Shown in pieces: positions 13,862 to 25,296 of a stretch of DNA of 64,000 nucleotides (position 1 is the first letter of the stretch; each line of letters begins with the position of its first letter). This DNA comes from Epiperipatus broadwayi (Eukaryota; Animalia; Onychophora): positions 19,158,001-19,222,000 of the forward strand of contig JAQFVV010000008.1 in assembly GCA_028023455.1 (NCBI GenBank), in the 5' to 3' direction. Both the position numbers and the translations under genes were made by a program. The notes under the pieces were generated by a model. The model made no database searches and was not told the origin of the DNA. It was given only the letters and a program-made list of their open reading frames with translations.

Positions 13862-13872
<11 letters not shown>

Positions 13873-14219
13873 TAAGCAAACTAAACAATAATCCTTCAGA
13901 AGATAGTCCCTAATGTAAACATCTTTTAAGTGTATATTTTATTTCTGTATACACATTACTTGAGAATAAGAAAATCTACATCTGATTTTCTAAGCTTTTG
14001 CATACACACCCCATTTGTTGCTGATTTTTAGTGTGAGTTCTATTATAGTTAATTTGCAGAACTAATTTAAGTTCAGTCCATGCTAATTTCTTATAAATTT
14101 TGCTAGAGTGAATAATTATATAAATGTTGTGCAGTAATTATTTTCTATAATAAAACTTAAAATTTATTTACAATAACATACCTACATATATATCTGCAGA
14201 CTTATAACACTATACACAT
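13862..14219 (-). repeat. 3' LTR of Gypsy element 1
   Basis: Direct repeat of 16632-16949 (taagcaaactaaacaataat..., atagttaatttgca.aactaattt, ...atatatatctgca). The low-coordinate edge is lost in a (TA)n tract. Confidence 0.85.
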
Positions 14220-16631
14220 TTCAATTTCTTCCTTTATTGTAGAAAATTAACTATTATTTAGAAAAAAAATATCTTGCAGTCTTTTAGGTATTTTGTGTTC
14301 TCGAACTGATCTACATAAAGGAAATTCTTGTCTCTCTTGCAGCTCAGCAACTCTCAGTTCTTTTTGTGAAGTCTGCTTTGAAGGGGATAAATCTACTTCC
14401 AGAAAAATCTCTAATTCATTTAACAAATTTTTTTCAGATAAATGATTTTCATTAATTAAACTTGAGTCCACCAGCTCTTGTTTTATGTCAGTACTTCCTT
14501 CTTATTTTAGTGAAGTAGTATTATTTTTTATAGAATTACACCACTAACACTTGTTTTTTTAATGATTCTGGATAGCAAACTCTCAAATTATTTATGTATT
14601 ATCTCACTCTTCTATCATTTGAAGTTTGTATTTATCTTAATTGTTTTGAAACAATGCTGTTATTACTCCTGAAAACCATTTTCTCTTTAACATGTTGCTT
14701 ATCCAGATGATTATACAGCTTTCTTCATCCAAGTCAATTTGCCTCAATCTGTTATTATTAGGCATTAATACAGACAGGTGGAATTTGGAAGTTTTGGTGC
14801 CACAACATCTCAACCAGTGTCTTTTTAGTTGACATACATGGAATAAAGTGTTAATGGAATATAGCATTGGTTTAAGCTTCATTAATATCACTATAAAGTT
14901 TTCTTTAGCACTTGTTTCAAATGCTATACTGCTTTTTCTGCCAGGCCATTAGACTCTGAGTGATAGATGGGGTGTTAGTTCATACTGAATTCCTCTAGTT
15001 TAAAAAAAAATCTTTTAAGAATTAGACTTGAAACCAGTTCCATTATCTGAAACAATAATTTGAGGGTAATTATGATATGCAAATTTTTTATTTAAACTGT
15101 TCATGGTGTTTTCCAGGCAGATACTCTTAATTCTTTTGTACTTCATCAATTTTGAGTAACAGTCTATCAGTATTAGGAATATATTTCCATTAAATGGATC
15201 AGCATGACTTGCTTATATAGAGTCTCTATCAAGGTTTAATCCAAGCTTTAGCTTCTTTGGAGGCATTGTAGCAGTAGACTAACAATCTTTACAACATTTG
15301 AAAGTCTTTATAATTTTTACTGTATAAGCTCTTGCTGCTATTGTCTCATTTACTGGCCCAAATTACTCCCCATGATTTGCAATACCATTGTGAATCATCT
15401 GTATTCTTTCTTTTACCGTGAGTTCTTAATAGCCAAAACCACTTTCTTCCTGATATACAATGGCAATAATTTTATTTTGACTTTCAGTTTAACTGGTACC
15501 ATTACTTTATCTTGTATATAAATCACATTTCCATTTACATCCATGGATATAACCTCCACTTTTTCCATACTGACATTATTTCTTATCTTTTTTATTAATT
15601 TTGTCCAATTTTTTTTAGCAAAATTAAGGATATTGCCATGCTGATATCAATTTTGATATTGATTTTTGTCTGAGAATCTGTATGTTTGAACCAATTTGTT
15701 TATTACCCATGTTGTTTATTATTTTTAATACCCTTGACTCCTCCTTCCCATGATTTGAAATCCATGTGTAACTCTTTTTTTAACTTTATCTTTTGTGTGA
15801 CAAACACATTGTAAACACATTGTAAATGACTGATTTTTTCATATATATGGCATTTGCACTTTTAAATTTTCAGGCCTTCTTTAAATGTCCCTTGTTACTG
15901 CAACAGTAGCATCCAAAAGACTTCATAAGACTTCGACAACTCATGGTCTTACAATCATTTTATCTGTTGTTATATCTCTATTGTTGTGAAGGTCTGTGAT
16001 ATTTTTCATGAGTAACTCTTGCATTTTATTCACCCCCTGCTTATATGTCAAGGCATGTAACTTGTCAGTCATTCTCCATAATCACTGACCAAGGAGATTA
16101 TTCTATTCAACACAATAATCACAATGTTTCAGTAAATCCCATAATGCTATATCATATTGCTGATCTCTCATTCATTGCTTAATTTTTTTTTAAGCTTGAG
16201 GTACATTACTTTTTCTGGAGGTATTGGTTCACATAGTCTTTTTGTTATTTACAGAATGTCTTTTCCTGCCAATCATGTCAACATTCCTACCTTTAGGTTG
16301 TCATCTTCTATCCTACTAATGCACATATTTTTTTTATGTATTCCACACACAAACACCAATTTATTTACTAGTTAACATCAAATTTTTTAACATTATTATG
16401 GAATGTCATTATCAGAATTTGTTTAATTTATATACAAATATCACAATTCTTTAAATTACAATATTAATACACTAATCACCCATGATAAACTTTTGTCATT
16501 TGGATAGATTCTTTTGTTGACTGAAAACAGTCACTCTACATACTTCAGATCTGCATCACGTCAGATTTTCTTTTAACTTCAGCCATACTTAAATAAACAA
16601 CAACATAAATAAAAATGAGTTTATTCTAAAA

Positions 16632-16949
16632 TATATACATAGTTAAGCAAACTAAACAATAATTCTTGAGGAGATAGTCTCTAACAAACATTTTTTAAAT
16701 GTATATTTTAATTCTGTATATATATTATTTGATAATAAAATCTGCATCTGATTTTTATAGTGTGATTCTACTTACATATAGTTAATTTGCATAACTAATT
16801 TGAATTCAGACCTTGCTAATTTTTTGTAAATTTTATTGAATGATTACTTAGGTAAATGTTGCGCGGTAATTATTTTCTGTAATAAAACTATTTATTTACA
16901 ACATCATATATATATCTGCACACGTTTTTTTTTTTTTACAAGATACACA
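16632..16949 (-). repeat. 5' LTR of Gypsy element 1
   Basis: Direct repeat of 13862-14219. Confidence 0.85.
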
Positions 16950-17009
16950 TCTCAATAAACAGTGTTGTAGATCATTTTTATACGCTGTTGATAACTCATG
17001 TATTGTTAT

Positions 17010-18000
17010 TATATGTAAATATTATTTAAATATTTTTTATTTATCAACTGTATCGCTTTTTTTTCATTCTACTAAAGTGAGCAAAGCCACAGATGTAGCT
17101 AGTTATTAAATAATTAAGTTTTTTGTTTTTGTTATTTTTTTAATCTGTTCTACTGAAAACTATTTGTTTAATATATAATAAAACTGCAAAATTTAAACAC
17201 TTAGCTATAGTTATTTATTTTTAAACAACTATATTTATTTATTATCTAATAAAACATTTTCTTTTGTAGATTTTGTGGTTTGTTGATTAAATTTTTTGTG
17301 GAGAATTGATTATAAATAAAAATTATTCAAATTATTTTCTATTTTTAAACTTATTTAAATATAACAAAAAAGAGATAGCAAAATTGTAATGTTAAAACTG
17401 ATCCTGAATTGTTTGCATTATTCAAATAGGTTTTAGCAATTTGGAGGATTAATTTGATTTTATTGTTGTCCTTTTTTTTATTGCAAGTTTTTATAGACTG
17501 TATATTTCCTCAAATTGTAAAATTTGAATTTTATTTAAATAACCTTTTTTTTTTTTTAAAGTAATATAAATTTACCGCCCGAAAACAAATCTTAATCTTG
17601 TAAAGTATCTGTTTGTTGTAAATAATTAATGTTAGTGAATTAATTAATTTATGACATGAAAATTCAAATTTGTTATTTTCTGTTAACTTCATGTGTGGGT
17701 TTCAGGATCTTCTAGATAATTAAAAAAAAAAAAAATTAAAATGTGTAATGTTTTTAGGTCAAATAATTTATGATCGCACATATATAAAGAAAACGAAATT
17801 AAAATGTTCTTTTATTATTATTTTTTATTAAATTATAGTATTAGTATTAGTTGTATTTTTTTAATGGAACCAACTATTTTTATTGTTTTTTAATCAAATA
17901 TTTAAATTGTATTAATATAAATAAATATATTGAACTGTTAATCATTTTCTAGTTTTTTCTTTGATATTCAGTGCATAGATCTATGAATAATAATTATTTT
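17010..18000 (+). repeat. Dispersed repeat copy B, homologous to 7465-8330
   Basis: Colinear with copy A. It contains a block with the Helitron-like terminus that copy A lacks. Confidence 0.9.
17075..17103 (+). mobile_element. Helitron-like 3' terminus
   Basis: gtgagcaaagccacagatgtagCTAG|T resembles the arthropod Helitron end GCG-x-GCGAAGCCGCGGG...GCTAG|T after CpG decay. Confidence 0.55.
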
Positions 18001-19299
18001 TATTTTATAAATCATTAAGAATCTCATGAATTATTATTACTATTAATTATGAACATTCCTAGCAATAAAACCATATGTGTTTTTTATATATATTAAGAGA
18101 TTTATATATATATATATTATGGATTAGTCAATAGAAAATATGGATTTTATAAAAAAAAATTAATACATAAGAATAGAATAATTATTATATTTGTCATTCC
18201 ATGGAGAACATTTCTTTTCAAACTATATAGAGTGTGAAGTAAATAAAAGAACAAAAAATTTCAAATTTTTCCCTAATTTACTTCTCTAAGCCTGTTTGTG
18301 TTTCATTAGTGCACATTTAATTTAAAGCTGCTGATTAAAAAAAACATGTTACTTTCATCCATACAATGCATCCATAATTATTCATACTCTTGGAACTATG
18401 TGGTTGGCATGCATAAATATTTGATAACAAAATATGCAACTTAATCAAAATAAATAATAGAAAACAATTTAACATAAGTGTACATTCCTGTTGCCTAGGA
18501 ATATCATGAACAAAATTGGGAAATGTGCAATTTTTTCAATTGTGCAATATCAAAATAAGAATTTACTTTTTGAGAATAAAATTCCACAAAAGCATAGCAT
18601 CTTAAACTAGTTATAGTTTGCTTAAGTATTTGCCAATCAAAACTATTACATTTCCTTTATTTTGCTGTATTTTTGGTGGAATTAGGTGACAGATTGAATT
18701 GTTTGCAGTAAGGTGTGTCGCACTTTCATTGCATGTTTCATTTATGTAATTTATCTTTGTAAATACATCAATATTTATATATTAATGATTAAAAAAAATA
18801 TTAATGAATTACAGCAGTTCTATTTTAGAAATAAATAACTAAACCCCAAAAACCTTTATTTTATAAGAATTATTATTTTTATATCCCTTATAGTAGTATT
18901 TTGTCTTATTTACATATTGAAATAATAATTTTATTTGAGCATTTTACGGTGCAGAGGAGGGGGACATCAATTGAAAGGATAATATGAAAAGATAGTAAAA
19001 TTAATTAATAAGAAGGCAATATTAATAAGTGAATAATATTTTAGTTTTGAAAATAGACAAAATGAAGGTTTATTTACATTTATATTTTATTTTACATATA
19101 TATGAATATTTGTGTGTGTATGAAGATTATTTTTAATGTTTATATAGATTAAAATAAATTTTAGTTTTTTCAAATAGAATTTCATAAACTAAAATAATGT
19201 AACTTATATATATATATATATATATAAATTTTATAATTTTATTATATAATTTAAATCAAAAGATTGTAATCATTTTACTTCAGCTTCTATTAATCTGTA

Positions 19300-21300
19300 T
19301 TAGACTATGATGACACTATCTCCATTCTGAAAACAACTATTTATGCAGTAAGCAAGCAGTCTTTTGCATCAAGTTTCTATCTAAGTGATATTCTTCTGTT
19401 AAGAGGTATTTTTATCTTATGATGAAGTATTTAATATTTTTTGCTAAATAAACTACTTTCATTGTTAAAAAATATTATTATTGATTTAACAATTGTAAAT
19501 TCAAGAATAACTATGGACATTTAATATTTTTATTGATTAGTTATTTTTTTGCATTATTAAATCATATATAAAAAAACTCTATACATTTTATTTGTCCATT
19601 AAAAAATAATGCAAATGGTATTCTTTCAGCTTTGATGTTTTTCCTTTATTTATAAATACTCCAATTGATGAAGCTTTCACCTTTATGACATGCAGCATTT
19701 TCTGACATTTTTCTCTGCCTCACAAATCAACATAAAATATATGATTCAATGATTATTACTTATCTGAAAATAACAAATTTGACTTCATTTGATAGATATT
19801 TTTGTTTACTACTGAAATAAATTTTAAATGTTCACATTTTGTATCTGTAAATATTAAAAAAATGAGATTGTGAACAAAACAAAGAGTTTAGATGCCATCG
19901 TTTTTAGAAAGATTATTTTCAGTTTATAAAATCAATGCAATATTTCTTAATTCTTATTATTTTTAAGCATTCCAATGAATAATTATTTATTTCTTTTATA
20001 TCTAACGAATTATATTTTAAAAGTTTAAATTGTTTGAATATTTATTGCAACATTTTCTTACTTATAGATATAAAATAGATTGTTTACATCAAAGCTAATC
20101 TTGTAAATTGTTTCAGGCCATATTTACATTAACTGCTAATATAACATTACATTTTTGAAAATAAAGTATTTCAAGTCAAAATAAGTTATTAATAATTTAT
20201 ATTTCTTGATATCTAATAAATATAGTGTAAATTATTTTTAAAAATTTATCTAAAACTGCAATAAATTCGCAAAGAAACACATTTTTGGGTCATTGGAAAT
20301 GGCAATGTCATAAAATGCCAAATGTTTTACAGACTTGGCAATTGACAATGACTGAACATGTTAGGAGGGCTTATGTCTATTGTAAGAGTGGGAATTTTGA
20401 TTTTTCCACCTTCTACTTCAAATTTTTTCAGTGAAAATTTATTATAATAAAATATACCATTTTACATGCATTTTAATGTATAATACTTATGAAAAAATTT
20501 ACCAGGAGGGGAATTGGTCAAAAGATGAAATAATTCACATCAATCAATCATAAGGTTAAATATTTCTAATAACAATGTAATTTACAGACCATATTATCGT
20601 CTTAACTAAATATTGTCTTTCAAACACATTTTATATACAACAGACAATATTTGATACTCCTATGGGCTCATTTATTTCAGGAATAATAGGTGCTTTCTTA
20701 TGGAATATATAGAAATTCATGTTTTAGAATCAGCACCTTTAAAATTTATTTGTCGCAGATATGTAGATGACACATTTATCATCTAGCAACATGAGAAAAA
20801 TAAATTATATTTTTTTCTCACTTATATTAAATTCACAATGGAAACAATATGACAGGAAACTTTCATTCATTGATGTATTTATCACCATAAAACAAGATAA
20901 TCCTTTATTGTTTTCAGTTTTCAAAAAAAAAACTATACACATAGAGAAATACCTACAATTTTCATCATATCTTATTAAACAACTCAGATCTTTTATATAA
21001 GCAAAACTTTTCACTAGGACAATTAACCTTTCAGATAAATCATATCTGAAAGAAGAAATAAATCATATAAATAATGTTCTATTAGCTAGTGGTAATAATA
21101 ATAAAATTATCCATCAAGCTTAATTCAAGCCCAAAATAATCAAAATAAACAAAAAAGAGAAATAACTATTAGGATTTGTATTCCTTATATAAAAGGAACT
21201 ACAATTTGGGATACATTCTGAAATTCTATATTATAAAAATAGTATATACAAGTTATCAAAAAATTAGTAACATTTTATTCAAAATTAAAGGATTAAAAGA
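19300..21300 (+). mobile_element. Penelope-like retroelement RT, fragmented by insertions
   Basis: TISILKTTIYAVSK (~19315), SFDVFPLFINTPIDEA (~19628), LTKYCLSNTFY...DTPMGSFISGII (~20600-20690), RRYVDDTF (20755-20777), LSFIDVFIT, EKYLQFSSY. These are PLE RT motifs in the correct order. Confidence 0.85.
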
Positions 21301-21929
21301 ATGAAACCCATGGTAATCATGTATTGTAATGTCACATCTACATTTGCAATTTTTTTATATCATAACAACTGATAATAATGAATAATTTTGATTTAAGTTT
21401 TTTTTTTGTTGAAACATGTTTTTTTTTTTAATTTTATTTTATCTCCAAAATTGTAAAAATTTATAGGACCTTTCCATTTTCATAAGGAAAATGGAAGGTT
21501 TTTATAAACCTTAATTTTTTTATCTCATATTATGAAGTGTTGTTTTCAGATTTAATTATTAAAAGGGGGAAATAAACCAGAAAGTAAATGTTAATTAATT
21601 GGTATGAATTAATAGGAAATAATCTTGTTTACTATATGAAATTATTGTATAGATTGTGTTAGATTTGCAATTGCCACATTGTCATATTTTTTAAAAATTT
21701 TCTTCTTTATTATTTATTAGTTAATTTTATTAAACAATTGTTAAAAATAATAGTGTTAATGTCTTTATTTCTCCAGAATTCTGGTCTATGAATTGACAAT
21801 GTGGGTGACTTGATTTTATGATAGCATGGTGCTTTAAGGGATTTGTAAATAATCCCAGTAAGATTATTTAAATTAAAGTAGATTAAGCACATATATTTAT
21901 ATTTTATTTTGTTCACAGTCACAATACCT

Positions 21930-22300
21930 AGGGTCCCTGTGATCCTGAGCTAGCTCTAGAAAAATAATTCAATTATATTAGACATCCAATAATTCTCTGG
22001 ATGGTACAAAGGTCATGATCACTTTAAAGTCCATACACTGCATTTTATTTATACAGATTAGAAATTAGTTTATTATTGATTTACTCATGGTATCATATTG
22101 TCAGAGCAAAGATGATGATCAGCATATATCAGAATCCCAGCATTATTTAAATCATGTCAGATACCCTAACACTTAAATATGTGCCTGCAGATTATTGCTT
22201 TTAAATTTTGCACTAAGTTTGGTAGTAGCTAAATAATTAATCTACATCTTGATATTGAATCTCCTTTAGATTCAATTACAAGGGATATCTGTTAATTATT
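21930..22300 (-). mobile_element. Decayed non-LTR RT fragment
   Basis: Minus strand KGDSIS (cf. QGDPLS) followed by GILIYADH (cf. YADD) at plausible spacing. Confidence 0.4.
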
Positions 22301-23982
22301 TGTGCTTAATGCTGATGATGCAGCATTAATATTTTAACTACTTATTTTATACCGATTCTTTCATGCATCTTTTATATTTGTTGATTACTCTTCATTGAAT
22401 GTTTATTGAAATGATTGTGATATTATTTGGAGATGATGTTTTGTCATCTTTCCCATATTACCTCTTTTTATTTTCCATTATACATGAATGTTATTATGGT
22501 TAAATGTATACATGTAATTTGTATAAACCTGTTTAATGGAATAAATAAGTCTGAATATGTTTTCAGACTTTTTTATTATTCCTGAGTAGGTTTATATTCT
22601 TAGCATAACAAGTTTGATAAGCTGTATTTACACATCCACTAAAATCATTAGAATGCAATTTGTATGTATGTTATGGAAAATATATGTGTGCAATATGTCT
22701 GGCTTATAATGACATTATTTGTGAGTAGAATAAACGATATTTAAATGATTTGTATATATGTATATTTTATTTTATAGCTGCTCTACATTATATATAAAAT
22801 TTAAGAGATGAGGATGAATCATTTAAAGTAATGTCAGTTAAATTTAGTATTGAAGGTGTATTCTGATTGTCATTATTGGTTAATCATTTTGATTGTGTGC
22901 ATAATATCATACAGATCAAAGGTCTTTTTGCAAAATAAATAGTGTTGAAGTACATAGATTGTAAAAATATGAGTTTATTGTTGATGGGTTAGCATTAGTT
23001 AGTTCATAATGATCACTCTCCTCATAATATAAAAAAAAATGACATTTTAAAAATACATAAAAAGTTACTGCTTAATATTAGTACTTTAGAGATTGTTTCA
23101 TAGAGCCTCGATACCTTTTAAAAATGGATATTTCTCAAGGACTATTGGCATTTATGGCTTTCTAGAGATATTTTATTACATGTTCTTTTACAACCATTAT
23201 TCATGAAAAGGACAATAACAATATTTATATTATATTAATAGTAATAATTGGTCGTTTATTAAATGAATCATCATACATGATCAGTTTATAGTATATATAA
23301 CATTTGGATAGTAAGCTAAAGAGGTGTGTGTTCATGGATGGAAAATATAATATCATTCATGTATAATTCTGTTATCTTTGTTTAGTAGACATTTGTGCAT
23401 CATATTAATGTAAACATTGAACCGTAAATTCCTATAGATTAGTGATTCTTTTTATTTTATAATTAAAAACATTTAAGAAAAAAAAATTTTTTTTTTTTTG
23501 TTGTCAAATAAATCTTCTGAGCAGGAAATTTAGAAGATATAATGTATATAAAATACAAAAAACAAGATTAACCCATTTTTAATTAATTTTTAAGTAATTA
23601 TCACTATTGTTGCCGTTTTTATTTATTCTGTTTATTTTATTAGAAATAAGTTTTTATTAAATAATTCTTTCTAAGTGATCTTTAATATGGTTTCAAACTT
23701 TTAGTATTTTAACTCTAATTTTAAGCTCTAATATCCAGTCGAGCTAGTTAATGCTATATGTGGATGAAAGAGATGGATGGAGGGAGGCTGCCTAAATGTA
23801 TATAATTAAGTCATTTGATTATTGTGCTTATGAGATGTTCAAAGATAAAAAAAGAGAAAAAGTTTGAATGTTATATATTTAATTTTGATAATACATTTAA
23901 ATATATCTAATCATGTTTATGAAGATTAGAAGCCAATAAACATCACATGATCACCATTTCTTATGCTTTCTTATAACTGTTC

Positions 23983-24297
23983 TTAAAACAGACAAAAACT
24001 CTCTATATGTATTGCCACTCAGTGCAAGCCAGAGTTTTCAATTTAAGACTCATAGTTTTGTAGTTAACTAGAGGATAAAAGGTGGCTGATGGAGGGTTGC
24101 ATTAGATCCTAAGATCTAGGTGCAGTGCTCTCAGATCCAAGGTTCCTGATTGTGAAGGCCACAAGCCAGAAACTAGTCTTGGGATGTTGGATGAGTAGGT
24201 ACTAGATGGGGATTTTATGCACAAGCCTTCTGGCATCCACTGATTACTTTGGCTTGCACTGAGTGACAATACATATAGAGAGTTTTGTCTGTTTTAA
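23983..24297. mobile_element. MITE-like element (315 bp) with ~48-bp terminal inverted repeats
   Basis: ttaaaacagacaaaaactctctatatgtattgccactcagtgcaagcca (23983-24031) matches the reverse complement of 24250-24297 with one substitution and one 1-bp indel. No coding capacity. TTAA at both ends. Confidence 0.85.
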
Positions 24298-24308
24298 TAA
24301 GGTTAGAA

Positions 24309-25296
24309 CTTAGGAGCATTTTATTAAGTAACATTGTCTAATATATGTATAACATTTTTTTCTGTAGAATAAATTGTCTAATGAAAAGCTAGTTATTTTT
24401 AATAGAAATATGTTATTTCAATCAATGGTGTTTTGTCCTATTGTCAGGGCTAGAGGGCAGTTACACAATTAATTTCTCCATTCTTTTCTGTTCAGTGCCA
24501 AATCCTTCAATTCCGCATATCTTTTTTTTCACTGATATTATCTAATAAGATGAATATTCTTCATCTGTTCTTATTTCTATTCACCAATCCTTCCAAAATA
24601 TTTCTCTCATTAAACTATTCTTTCTTCTTAATATATACCCAATACAATTTCTCTTTCTATATCTAATTTCTCTATCAATCTTTTTTTTTCATTTAGTTTT
24701 TCCAAAATTTTCTCATCTCTCATTTTGTTCATCCAACTAATTTTTTTCACTCATTTCCATGATCACATCTCATAAACCTACAATCTGTTTCTAATTTTTT
24801 AATTCACTTAGGAGCATTTTATTTCATAACATTGCCTAGTTTACTGATAACATTTTTTTTTTCTGTAGAATAAATTGTCAAATGAAAAGCTAGTTAGGTA
24901 TTTTAAAAGAAATATACATTATTTTAATCAATGGTGATTTGTCCTATGGACAGGTCCAGAGGACAATTACACAATTAATTTCTCCATTATTTTCTATTCA
25001 GTGCCCAAAACTTCAATTCCATATATCTTCTTTATCTCTTATCCAGTAAGATTAATCTTCTTTATCCTTCTTATTTTTATTCACCAATCCTTAAAAAAAT
25101 ATGTCTCTCATTAAATTATTCTTTCTTGTTAGTATATGCCTTATACAATTTCTCTTTTTTATTTCCAATTTCCTCTATCAGTCTTGTTTTTTCATTTACT
25201 TTTTCCAAAATTCCCTCATCTTTCATTTTGTTCATTCCACCTAGTTTTTTTCATTCATCTCAAAGACTTACAATCTGTTTCTAATTTTTTAATTCA
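24309..25296. repeat. Tandem duplication (~498-bp unit) covering the RTE 3' end plus downstream flank
   Basis: Units start cttaggagcatttt at 24309 and 24807, are colinear and are visibly diverged. Confidence 0.9.

Larger units (their letters stand above)
13862..16949 (-). mobile_element. Ty3/Gypsy LTR retrotransposon (K02A2.6/Mag-like) with gag, protease and integrase but no RT/RNase H
   Basis: Paired diverged LTRs at ~13862-14219 and ~16632-16949; both start TGTGTAT on the minus strand, with purine tract AAAGGAAGAAA before the 3' LTR. Gag relics KHCDY and CHIYEKISHLQCV (decayed CCHC). Protease KIDISMAISLI. Integrase CCKDC...HADPFNGNIFLILIDCYSK...IVSDNGTGF...YHSESNGLAEKAV. Confidence 0.9.

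Noticed and set aside
18489-18505. RFX X-box-like GTTGCCTAGGAAT
   Set aside because: Single imperfect motif with no associated gene.
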